Shown here piece by piece: positions 1-8,755 of a DNA stretch of 64,000 bases; position 1 is the first letter of the stretch; each line of letters begins with the position of its first letter. This stretch comes from Candidatus Hydrothermarchaeum profundi (GTDB lineage Archaea > Hydrothermarchaeota > Hydrothermarchaeia > Hydrothermarchaeales > Hydrothermarchaeaceae): assembly GCA_002011125.2 (NCBI GenBank), contig MTMF02000009.1, forward strand, positions 288,001 to 352,000, given 5' to 3'. The notes under the pieces are model-generated. The model searched no databases, was not told the DNA's origin, and worked only from the letters and a program-made list of their open reading frames with translations. The translations under genes and the position numbers were made by a program.

Positions 1-145
1 ACGTTTCATGGATAAGAGAAGTTGTCAAAAGTAATTCGGGAAAATTTTTGATTCCCATTTTATTTGCTACTGAGTGAGATTGCGAAGCGAAAGAAGGCCA
101 AAGTATTGTAGAGTTCTACCCGTTAGTAAGCAATTTACGTTATAT
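1..145 (-). repeat. Degenerate integron attC-like site, truncated by window edge
   Basis: The minus strand after the CPBP gene stop reads ...ATATAAC/TACTAAC...TTCGCTTCGC...GGGAATCAAAAATTTTCCC hairpin...CAACTTCTCTTATCCATGAAACGT|. The tail resembles the site at 5278-5356. The R' box would lie just outside the window. Confidence 0.4.
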
Positions 146-165
146 CAAAATTTTATTCTCAAATC

Positions 166-1059
166 CTAGTATTCAAACTCATCCCATCTTTTAAAATTTG
201 GCATTTGATAATGTTCTGCCATCCATTTTATTAAGAGCATTGTCAAAAGAGCAGTAAAAGGAAAAACGCTCATTCTTATCATAAATCCGGAATCGAATCC
301 TTGAGCGGCAACTGTATGTAGTAGATTAAATGTTGAGTTATTAATGGTATGTGCAAACCATGGTGCCCATAAGTTATTTGTTTTGAGAAATAGATAACCC
401 CACGCCAATCCGATTATTCCTGAAGTAAGTATGTATCCTATTGCAATTGTAACTGCCTGTAAAGCACTCATCTGACCTATCATGTAGGACTTTATTGGCC
501 AGACAATATGCCAAAGCCCAAAGAGAAATGCCTGCAGGAAGTTTGCTTTCCAAAATGAAAGAGGCACTCTAAAATGTGTAATCATCACGCCTCTAAACAA
601 ACCTTCTTCCATAAACGAATTCATAACATTACCAACGATCAGCCAAAGCCCAAAGAGAAATCCACCTTTAACAGCGAATTCTGGATCGAGAGAATGTCCT
701 CTAGCAGTAATTGTAAAGGAAGGTTGCACTCCATTTATGACAAGATACATCCACTCAGCAAAGTAGCTAAAAGCAAGGGTTAGTGTTATAACTACTGCTG
801 CTATCGATATGCTTTTGATAAAGTTGGTAGAATGAAACCCTATGTCTCTTATCTTCCTTTTGACCAGCCAAAGATAACCAATAATAATCAAGAAACCAAG
901 AAACTTTGAAACAGAAATTTCTCCCCATGCCTCGTCTAATCGTAGGATAAAGATTTCTATAACCCTAAGCACTAACACAATAATAAAGAGTATAAGGCTA
1001 ATTTTAATAGGATGCTTTAATGAAAAATCTTGAAAAAAGGCCTTTTTTCTTGATCCCAT
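166..1059 (-). CDS. CPBP/CAAX (Abi-like) intramembrane metalloprotease
   Basis: Multi-TM protein with EEGLFRG (EExxxR), FGLWH and AHTINN motifs. Confidence 0.9.
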   Translation of the reverse strand: MGSRKKAFFQDFSLKHPIKISLILFIIVLVLRVIEIFILRLDEAWGEISVSKFLGFLIIIGYLWLVKRKIRDIGFHSTNFIKSISIAAVVITLTLAFSYFAEWMYLVINGVQPSFTITARGHSLDPEFAVKGGFLFGLWLIVGNVMNSFMEEGLFRGVMITHFRVPLSFWKANFLQAFLFGLWHIVWPIKSYMIGQMSALQAVTIAIGYILTSGIIGLAWGYLFLKTNNLWAPWFAHTINNSTFNLLHTVAAQGFDSGFMIRMSVFPFTALLTMLLIKWMAEHYQMPNFKRWDEFEY

Positions 1060-1166
1060 ATTCTCAGCCCTTTTAAAGATGTATTAAATCATTAATCGCT
1101 ACCAAGATATCAAGAGCTATTATAAGACCAGTATAAATTTTGGTTGATATCAACATTTTTTCATAG

Positions 1167-1568
1167 TTATTCCCCTCTTATAAGCTCGATAACGGTTTTG
1201 TTATATTCTTCCCTGAGCAGAAATAGTTGCACTAACACAAACAGTAAATTTATTAAAGCAAATCCAGACCAGCAAAATGGAATTAGAAACAGGTTGAAAA
1301 TGATGCATCCTGCTAAGCCAATCTTTACTAAATTACCTTTGCTGAGAATAAGGACACCTGTAGTGATCTCAAAAACAACGACCAGCATAATCCAGGTCAT
1401 CAAATGCGGCATTACAATCGAGCTCCACAATGTTTTGTAAAGTATGATCGCAAAATCGGCAAACTCTTTATATACCTGAGGGTTAAGTAAAGCAAACTGT
1501 AGATTAATTGCAGCCCCAACTAAATAGATAATTCCAAAAGCAGTTCTTGCTATGTCATCTATCCTCAT
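1167..1568 (-). CDS. Small 4-TM membrane protein (DoxX-like)
   Basis: 133-aa hydrophobic ORF, FEITTGVLIL pattern, co-oriented with neighbours. Confidence 0.65.
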   Translation of the reverse strand: MRIDDIARTAFGIIYLVGAAINLQFALLNPQVYKEFADFAIILYKTLWSSIVMPHLMTWIMLVVVFEITTGVLILSKGNLVKIGLAGCIIFNLFLIPFCWSGFALINLLFVLVQLFLLREEYNKTVIELIRGE

Positions 1569-1569
1569 C

Positions 1570-2684
1570 TTATTTTTCCCTCAGTTTGTTGTACTCCACT
1601 TCCGTGATCTCCAGCCTATACCATGTAAAATCCTTCCCAAGCTTCCATGTCGCAGAAAGATTCACTGGAATTCTGATACCCTCGAATTCTCCATAATCTT
1701 TTGCTGTAATTACCCATCTTTCCAGAGTTGAACCCTCTTTGCGATAGTAATAACGGTTGGCTCCAAAACTCACGAAATCTCCATTCTCGTCAAATATGAA
1801 TATGCCGGAAGCTGTTATACCTCCATAGCTCGTTGTTGCTTTTGCTGCCGTTGAATTTATCTCCTCCCATCTGATATAATCACTCAAAGCAGCTGAAGGA
1901 TACCAGACAATTTCGCCCAGATAACGCAACAAAGCACCCTGATCTATCTCTTTTCCTCTTGCATCAACAACTGGAATGAGAGAGAACAGTTTGATAAGCA
2001 TGTGTCCTTTGCCATCGCTATATTTATCCCTTCCAGAGAGATGCAAAAATGGAACAGCCTTTACATTCGCTATCCATATAAAACCGGGCGGATCTGTTGT
2101 AATGTACTGCTCCGCATTCATGGACATCCAGTTGCCTTCAGGTTTTGTTCTCATTTCTCCTTTCTGTTCAAGATGTGCTACCTGAATCACTTCTTTTCCA
2201 ACAATATTTGAGCGCTTGAGCCACTTCTGTACGACATCGGGCACATGAGTAATCATTTCTTCAGTCACCCCTTTTTCTCCATTTTTTCAGGCAGAAGTGA
2301 GTTGAGCTCATCTTCTACCATTCTGTCAAAGCTCCAGCTTCCATATGAAAGAATGACAGCAATGATTATGATTACATTTGCAATAGTACCAAATCTCGCA
2401 TCTTTCCAGTAAATAAAAATTAGGGCTTAGGAAATGACGACTGCGACAATCGCAACCATCTACCACCATTCCTTTCTCAACATATATGTTACTGCAGAAG
2501 TTATGAAAAGCAAACATCCAATCAACCAGAGTAGTCCTGCTATTTTGGCTAAACTGCCAGATAAAGAGATGAGCATTTCTCCACTCAATTGCTTTACCTG
2601 AGCTAAATTCCATTCCTTCACGAATCCAAGCAGGTGGATTAATCCATGAAAGAAAACGACAAACGAAAATATTATTCTGATCAT
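1570..2684 (-). pseudogene. DUF6544-like membrane-anchored protein, disrupted
   Basis: The frame from ATG 2684 has an in-frame TAG (2460-2462) and TAA (2427-2429), then a frameshift near 2270 joining the 232-aa C-terminal ORF (GFIW..D.Y..GKG.M..LLRYLGEIVWYPSA). Confidence 0.75.
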
Positions 2685-3622
2685 GGTTTATCTCCCCCCT
2701 CATAATGAATATTCCGCTCAATCCCAGATATTGCTTCATATTCTTCTAAGTGAAACATGTAGCCTATCAGTCCACCATAAATACACGCGGATATTGTTGT
2801 CTCTACTGTGTGCGCAACTAAAACTTCTGGTGGAAAAATACCCTGAGCCATTATTATCTGAAAACCGTGATAACTGAATATTAACATCAAGCTCATCATC
2901 GCCTTTGTTCTACCTCTTATCATCAATATAACTGGTATTGAAAATAAAACCCATAATAACCCCCTGATAAAATGATAGGGTAAAAATAATGGCATCTCTT
3001 TCATTGTTCTTACTATTTGAGCTATGAGACCTAATTGTTCTGCACTTCCGGAATAGAACAATCTTACTGCTTCAAATTGCCAGGCAACATAATATCCAAA
3101 GAGTAAATATATTGCTATGTAAAATAACGCAAAAAGTGGGGCTTTTTTCATCCAGCTTTTCATTTCAACCCTTCTCAGACTCTCCTTTACACTTATCTTC
3201 CCTGTTTCCTTTCGTTTCCCAAAAATAATAACTGAAAGTGGAACTGCTATTGTGGTTGTAATTGCACCCCTTAGTATGATGTTCAGAATCTCTGTATTCG
3301 TCATAAATGTAAAAGCATCTCTAAAATAGAACGTTTCTATTTGTGCCATAAAATATTCTATCCCCCAGAAACTCAAACCTAAAGCTATGATCAATTTAGT
3401 CCCATTCCATTCTGACAGTTTCACGTTTATACTTAGAGCAATTGCTCCAAGCAGAGATGCAAGCAACATTAGTCCAAATATTTGCGCACCTATCGTTACT
3501 CTTGATGCAATCTCCAGAGATACTGGTATTATCAAAGTTGGAACCGTGATTGCTACAACAAAAACTAAAGTGAGTATTACTATTCCTAATATATTGCTAA
3601 GTATATTTTTCATTTTGGGCAT
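2681..3622 (-). CDS. Multi-pass membrane protein, unknown function
   Basis: 313 aa with about 8 hydrophobic segments; overlaps the next gene start by 4 nt. Confidence 0.75.
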   Translation of the reverse strand: MPKMKNILSNILGIVILTLVFVVAITVPTLIIPVSLEIASRVTIGAQIFGLMLLASLLGAIALSINVKLSEWNGTKLIIALGLSFWGIEYFMAQIETFYFRDAFTFMTNTEILNIILRGAITTTIAVPLSVIIFGKRKETGKISVKESLRRVEMKSWMKKAPLFALFYIAIYLLFGYYVAWQFEAVRLFYSGSAEQLGLIAQIVRTMKEMPLFLPYHFIRGLLWVLFSIPVILMIRGRTKAMMSLMLIFSYHGFQIIMAQGIFPPEVLVAHTVETTISACIYGGLIGYMFHLEEYEAISGIERNIHYEGGDKP

Positions 3623-3641
3623 GTTATCATTCTAGTCACTC

Positions 3642-4328
3642 CTATGTGATTGTGGTAACTATCCTTTCTTTGCTCAAATATCTGGTTAGATAACCCGTGA
3701 GAATTACCAAAAATAATGAAATTATCATCAATGCTACCTCGATCAACCAAGAGATGTGGCTTTTCCCTATCAAACGGAGCCCCCCAAAGAGAGCGCCGAA
3801 TATCACTACGAAGATTACTGTGCCAGCTGCTCTGATCTCCCTCATACCAGCGAGCAGATAAAGAAACCCTATCAATCCGACCACTACGAGGAGGAAGAGG
3901 GGGATGGTTATCAGCATATGAAGTAAGAGAATCGGAGAGGGCAAAACGAGAGATTTCATTAGCGTATTTGAGACCAAGACGATCAAAATCGCTGAGAAAA
4001 TAGACACAGCATACGAGGGGATTGCAGCACCCAATACTTTACCAAGCCATAGCCTTTTCAGGCTAAGTGGTGTGCAGAGTAGGGTCTCTATGATTTTATC
4101 TTGCTTCTCCCTGAAGAAGATCCTTCCTGTGGATACATAAGCAAATAGAATACCTATCAGGAGAGGAATATAGAAAATAACGGTATCCATCGTTCCCGGA
4201 ATTTTCCTGATACCCAGAGCAGTCATGACAGAGAAGAAGATGGGGTAACCTAGGGCAAAAAACAAGGAACTCTTGCTCTGGAGTATTTCCCGCATTTCCT
4301 TTCTCGCAATGATAAACTCCTTTTTCAC
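3642..4328 (-). CDS. ABC-2 type transporter permease
   Basis: IARKEMRE start, REKQDKIIETLLCTPLS..LWLGK motif, 6 TM; coupled to the ATPase. Confidence 0.9.
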   Translation of the reverse strand: MKKEFIIARKEMREILQSKSSLFFALGYPIFFSVMTALGIRKIPGTMDTVIFYIPLLIGILFAYVSTGRIFFREKQDKIIETLLCTPLSLKRLWLGKVLGAAIPSYAVSIFSAILIVLVSNTLMKSLVLPSPILLLHMLITIPLFLLVVVGLIGFLYLLAGMREIRAAGTVIFVVIFGALFGGLRLIGKSHISWLIEVALMIISLFLVILTGYLTRYLSKERIVTTIT

Positions 4329-5242
4329 CTTATCTCCTCCTTTTGCATTATTTCCAGATAGATATCCTCTAATGATTTCCTTACCTTTTTGATCTCTTCA
4401 ACTTCTATGCCATTCTCAGTTAATATTTTAAGCAAATTTGGCTGCTTCTCTTCCTTCAGAATTAAGGTTATTGTTTTATCTTTTATCTCACAACCAGAGA
4501 CAAAATCAAGAGAATTGAGAACTTCAAGCACTCTTCTACCATTCTCCTCATCACTCATTAAGATAGAAACCATAGGTTTGCTGAATCTTTTTCTAAGGCT
4601 CTCTACAGCATCGCATACCATTATCCTTCCCTTATGCAGGATCGCTATCCTATTACATATCCTCTGAACCTCATCCAGGTCGTGAGAGTTCAGGAATATT
4701 GTTTTTCTCTCCTTTGACAGCTCAAGGATGAGCTCCCTTACCATTATCTGTGCTTCCGGGTCAAGACCTGTAGAGGGTTCATCCAGAAATAAAATCTTGG
4801 GATCATGGATAATAGCCCTGGCAATCGCAAGCTTCCTACGCATCCCCTTTGAGAAGACTCCTACCTTTTCATTCCTACGCTCATAAAGTCCAACGAATTT
4901 GAGCAATTCCTCAATCCTCTCTTTACATCTTGAAACATCATAGAGTTGAGCATAATATTCTAAATTATCATAGGCAGAGAGGTCTTCGTATAAACCATCG
5001 TTCTCTAGGGCCACTCCTATACTTCTTCGCGCTTCATCGTCCTCAGCCAGATCCTTTCCCATCACAAGTACTTTGCCAGAAGTTGGATTTAGAAGACCGA
5101 GAATTATTCTCATAGTTGTGGTTTTTCCAGCTCCGTTAGGTCCTAAATAGCCGAATACCTCACCTTCCGCCACACTGAAGGTTATATTATTTAGAACTGT
5201 TCTTTTTCCAAATTTTTTCGTAAGATTTCTGACTTCTATCAT
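4325..5242 (-). CDS. ABC transporter ATP-binding protein
   Basis: Walker A GPNGAGKT, signature FSKGM, Walker B LFLDEP, H-loop NSH. Confidence 0.95.
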   Translation of the reverse strand: MIEVRNLTKKFGKRTVLNNITFSVAEGEVFGYLGPNGAGKTTTMRIILGLLNPTSGKVLVMGKDLAEDDEARRSIGVALENDGLYEDLSAYDNLEYYAQLYDVSRCKERIEELLKFVGLYERRNEKVGVFSKGMRRKLAIARAIIHDPKILFLDEPSTGLDPEAQIMVRELILELSKERKTIFLNSHDLDEVQRICNRIAILHKGRIMVCDAVESLRKRFSKPMVSILMSDEENGRRVLEVLNSLDFVSGCEIKDKTITLILKEEKQPNLLKILTENGIEVEEIKKVRKSLEDIYLEIMQKEEIR

Positions 5243-5277
5243 ATTCTCTCACCTTTATTCATCCCGAAGCCAATTGC

Positions 5278-5356
5278 GTATAACGATTGCAGGTATGCGA
5301 TGTTGCCCTAGTAGAGCAATTTGGTAAGCGTAGCGAGCCGCCTAAAGTATATCTCA
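5278..5356 (-). repeat. Integron attC-like recombination site (R'' end decayed)
   Basis: Minus strand: AGATATACTTTAGGCGGCTCGCTACGCTTACC-AAA-TTGCTCTACTAGGGCAA-CATCGCATACCTGCAATC-GTTATAC-GCAA. It has internal hairpins and an R'-like GTTATAC (loose fit to GTTRRRY). The next gene starts about 36 nt later with its own RBS. Confidence 0.55.
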
Positions 5357-5952
5357 TCCATTTTCCTAGAGATTTCTCCAGTAGTTTTCGTATCTTAACT
5401 AATTCGCTGAGAATTTTTAGTTCTATGTCTTCCTCGTGAGTTTCTATTGCTACAGGCTTCTTACCTTTAACAAATCCCATTATCAACTCCCTTAATTCCT
5501 CAAATTGTTCCATCCCTTCTATCCTTATTTCAGCTCTGGCTTGTTGCCCAGAATAACCTGCGGTTTGAATTTTAAGAGTTGCAATTCCTAGTATCCTTGA
5601 AATAGGCCCTTGGGTTATGTCGATATTGGTTACCCTGTTATAAGGTACGATTCCTGTTTTTTGAACCATACTCCTCTCCTCTATACAATTTCATTTTCGG
5701 TAAGCTTGTAAACCATCGTATCATAGTATTTTGGGTCCAGTATGCTATGAAAGCGAAAGTAGCCAGAATTGGTACTAAAATACCCACAGTAATCATGAAT
5801 GCAATGTTGAGTGAAGCAAGAAAAAACACAGGAATATACCACGTTGAAACACCTAAGAAGATCCCCAGCATCAGATAGATGTAATAAAGCTTCTTAAATT
5901 GGGGTGCTGGCTTGAATTCTTCACCAATTTCTATTTTGAGTTTTTCTCTCAT
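5357..5952 (-). pseudogene. bPH_2 (YdbS-like) PH-domain membrane protein, disrupted
   Basis: Two ORF pieces join through a frameshift near 5735, an in-frame TAG near 5682 and a frameshift in the T-run near 5660; VPYNRVTNIDITQGPISRILGIATLKIQTAG motif. Confidence 0.8.
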
Positions 5953-6183
5953 GTTTATTACCTCATAATTTCTTTAAATTTAGTATATTTTACTGTTTTA
6001 ATGATATTTAAGCTTTTTTCATTGATATTTTTATGAAATGTCAGTTAAAAATACTGAAATTCGTTTATACTCATTTAAAATCCCTTTTTTAAAATTTAAT
6101 ATTTGATTTCGATATTATGAAATCTAATTGCATAAAAAAGCAAAGTTTATATATCGACTATCGACTAAACAAAATTTGGACAG

Positions 6184-7011
6184 ATGAAACCGCAGGAAAT
6201 TATTAAACTGCTCTCGAGTGAAACAAACTTCAGGATACTCGAGCTTCTGTCAATGAGGGACAGCTACCCAAGGAAAATCGCAAGAGAGATAGGCAAAACT
6301 GAGGGAGTTGTTGTTAGGGCACTAAAATCCATGGAAAGAGCAGGAATATTGAGAAGTTCTTGGGGTGTCCTAGATGAGAGACCTGCCAAGGTTTATACCC
6401 TTAGGCCAGGAATACTGCTCCTGATCATAGATTTCACCTCACAGAGGTCTCATGTAATAGACGTTGACAAGAGAGATCTCAGCATTATCGAGAGGATATT
6501 AGAGAGAACTCCAGATGAGTTCTCCGACCAGGCAAATTTTTTAAGGTGGAAGAATGGAACAGTTGATGAAACAGAGCTGGCCTACTTCTCAGGAGCTGAT
6601 GAAGAGGAGGTTAAAAGGTTCATCAGCTTTGTTCGTGATGCACCATGGCAGGTGTTCCTAGTGGCTTGCTACTCTAGAGTTCTGCGCTGGGAGAAGGAAG
6701 AAGATGAAAGTTTTTTGAAAAAAGCAAGACTCACTGAATTCGCCGAAAAAATGCTATCCAAGCTAATCTTAGCAGATCCAGAGGCCATGGAGTACAGGAA
6801 CATGCTGAACTGGAAAAGAGGCAGGATAAATGTTGAAGAGCTTGCAACAAAACTTGAGGTCGAAAAAGAAGAGGCCGAAAAATTCGTTGAGTATGTTTCC
6901 GAGCATCTCAGCGAGGCATATGTAAGATTCCACGAGCTGAAAATAAGGAGATGGCTCACATCTAGGGGGACTGGATTTGAAAAAATGGATGAGTTTTTCC
7001 CTGTTAGATGA
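6184..7011 (+). CDS. ArsR-like winged-helix regulator with duplicated C-terminal domain
   Basis: N-terminal HTH (LLSSETNFRILELL..YPRKIAREIG..VVRALKSMERAGIL); two similar ~55-aa units in the C-terminal half. Confidence 0.75.
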   Translation: MKPQEIIKLLSSETNFRILELLSMRDSYPRKIAREIGKTEGVVVRALKSMERAGILRSSWGVLDERPAKVYTLRPGILLLIIDFTSQRSHVIDVDKRDLSIIERILERTPDEFSDQANFLRWKNGTVDETELAYFSGADEEEVKRFISFVRDAPWQVFLVACYSRVLRWEKEEDESFLKKARLTEFAEKMLSKLILADPEAMEYRNMLNWKRGRINVEELATKLEVEKEEAEKFVEYVSEHLSEAYVRFHELKIRRWLTSRGTGFEKMDEFFPVR

Positions 7012-7020
7012 GATGAACCT

Positions 7021-7656
7021 ATGAATTTACTCGCTCTCCTTGGGATACTAACAATCCTTATCTCTCTAGTCCTCTCTGGGCTGATGCTCTACCATTATTC
7101 TAAAAAAAGACATATTACTTCCTTGATCTGGACGGTTGCCTGGACGGTTGTTGCAGTTAGAGTCTCAATTGGAATATATCTCCCTCTCTCCATACCAACA
7201 GACATACTCCACAATGCGCTGAATGCTCTACATGATTTTTTATGGCTGATAGGCATTGCCATCATCCTTGAGCTAGAGCGCTTCAAGTCCATCGTTCTCC
7301 CAGCTATCTGCTATTCCCTTTATGTGCTGGCTAGCGGAGCGCTTTCAATCAAAGCAGGCTTCTTCTACTCTAACATGCTAATGCTAGGTGAGAGCACTGT
7401 AATGTTCTTCATCCTAGCATGGTTCTTTAAAAGATACCATGATAAATTCAAGCGAAAAGGCGCACGCCTTCTCTGGATCGGATACTTCACCTGGGGCTTA
7501 GACAACCTTATCTTAGGCCCACCCTACTATGCTCTAGGTCTTGAATGGGTGGGCGTATTCGGGTTCCTTATAGGATTTCTCTGCAGACTCCTGCTGTTTA
7601 TAGGCTTCTTTCAGCTCATGTTCCAACCAATAAAGCCGCACCGGGAGAGAGCTTGA
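7021..7656 (+). CDS. Stand-alone 7-TM membrane protein (sensor-like)
   Basis: 211 aa, about 7 hydrophobic helices, 9 nt downstream of the regulator. Confidence 0.7.
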   Translation: MNLLALLGILTILISLVLSGLMLYHYSKKRHITSLIWTVAWTVVAVRVSIGIYLPLSIPTDILHNALNALHDFLWLIGIAIILELERFKSIVLPAICYSLYVLASGALSIKAGFFYSNMLMLGESTVMFFILAWFFKRYHDKFKRKGARLLWIGYFTWGLDNLILGPPYYALGLEWVGVFGFLIGFLCRLLLFIGFFQLMFQPIKPHRERA

Positions 7657-7904
7657 GATGGCGACAAATCAACTGTGACATACTCTGCTATGGAGAAAAC
7701 TTATTGGAACCCCATAGAGAACCATCAATAAAAAACTTAGACAACAACGTGAAGAATAACCTTGTCCAAAAAGCCTAATAATAGGAAGTCTGCAATAATA
7801 CCCTCAATCATTCGATGAATCCTATAGCTCGCTTGACTTTCTCCACGTCCTCAGAGCAATTGAGCATCTTCAAGAGCCTTGAAAGCTACTGCAAGACCTG
7901 GGCT

Positions 7905-8230
7905 GGATTGGTACCGTGATTGTACGATCCGCGCCTTTAACCTTGATCTCAGCCTTAATATCGTGGTGGTTGTGTTGCCGACAACAAACAGCCTTCAACG
8001 TGCTCCTGAGGTAGCTACCGGCATGCCCCTGTTTTTCGCTCCAGCTCATGAGGTCCTGAATAGATTAGAAATCTCCTTATCGCTGAAGGAGAGGAGCTCC
8101 AAGGCTCTATCTTCCAGTTTACCGTAAATCCGCCAAACCTCCTAAGACTGCCTTGGACCCTAGGACCCCTAGTAAGGTTATCAGGCCACCACCTAACACT
8201 AGAATCATTGAAGAGGGAGGCATACTTCAC
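7905..8230 (-). pseudogene. Relic N-terminus of archaeal tyrosine recombinase/integrase
   Basis: Frameshifted pieces KYASLFNDSSVRWWPDNLTRG..LRRFGGF and GHAGSYLRSTLKAV..HN..DIKAEIKVKGADRT resemble tRNA-associated archaeal integrases; starts 70 nt downstream of tRNA-Lys. Confidence 0.6.
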
Positions 8231-8299
8231 AGGGGATGTAATATAATCATGTTATAACTGGATATAAATGTCTTATATAGTTTCGAACCGGAAATGATA

Positions 8300-8374
8300 C
8301 GGGCCCGACGGGATTTGAACCCGCGACTAGTTGGTTAAGAGCCAACCACTCTAGCCAGACTGAGTTACGGGCCC
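8300..8374 (-). tRNA. tRNA-Lys (anticodon CTT)
   Basis: Reverse complement GGGCCCG..TAACTCAGTCTGGCTAGAG..GTTGG-CT-CTT-AA-CCAAC..GCGGGTTCAAATCCCGT-CGGGCCC-G folds as a cloverleaf; no intron; CCA not encoded. Confidence 0.97.
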
Positions 8375-8473
8375 TCTCAATGATAAAGCCTTACATAATA
8401 AAAAATTTTTGCATAGAACTGAGTAGTTATAACCCTACTGCAGAAAATATTAGGCATTAATTAGACATCAATA

Positions 8474-8692
8474 TCAGCGGCGTGGTGGTACTTCTGGGAG
8501 TTCTATAATGGTGAACCTGTTTTCTTTTAGTTTGCACACTCGCCTTATCTCTTCATCTGACAGCTCTCTATTATGAGCCCGTTTCATATGCTCTTGAGCT
8601 ATCCTAAAGAATTCGTCATCACTCATGTCCTCTGCTTCAACTTTGAACTTGCATGGAATCCCCTCGATCTTACATTCTAGCTTTTTCCCCAT
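8474..8692 (-). CDS. DUF1059-family small metal-binding protein
   Basis: C-x6-C-x-F..EH...AH pattern; AGGAGGTG RBS before ATG 8692. Confidence 0.75.
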   Translation of the reverse strand: MGKKLECKIEGIPCKFKVEAEDMSDDEFFRIAQEHMKRAHNRELSDEEIRRVCKLKENRFTIIELPEVPPRR

Positions 8693-8755
8693 CGTAAACC
8701 CACCTCCTTTTATTAAATTATTCATAAAAATTATTTAAAACTATTGGACCATATT

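Noticed and set aside
2427-5683. In-frame TAG codons as pyrrolysine or alternative genetic code
   Set aside because: They fall at probable Trp positions in genes that also carry TAA stops or frameshifts; many intact genes end in TAG
7905-8230. Integrase relic as the integron integrase IntI
   Set aside because: Only an N-terminal fragment of a different tyrosine-recombinase type is visible; no catalytic domain or IntI-specific insertion, and it is co-oriented with the cassette genes
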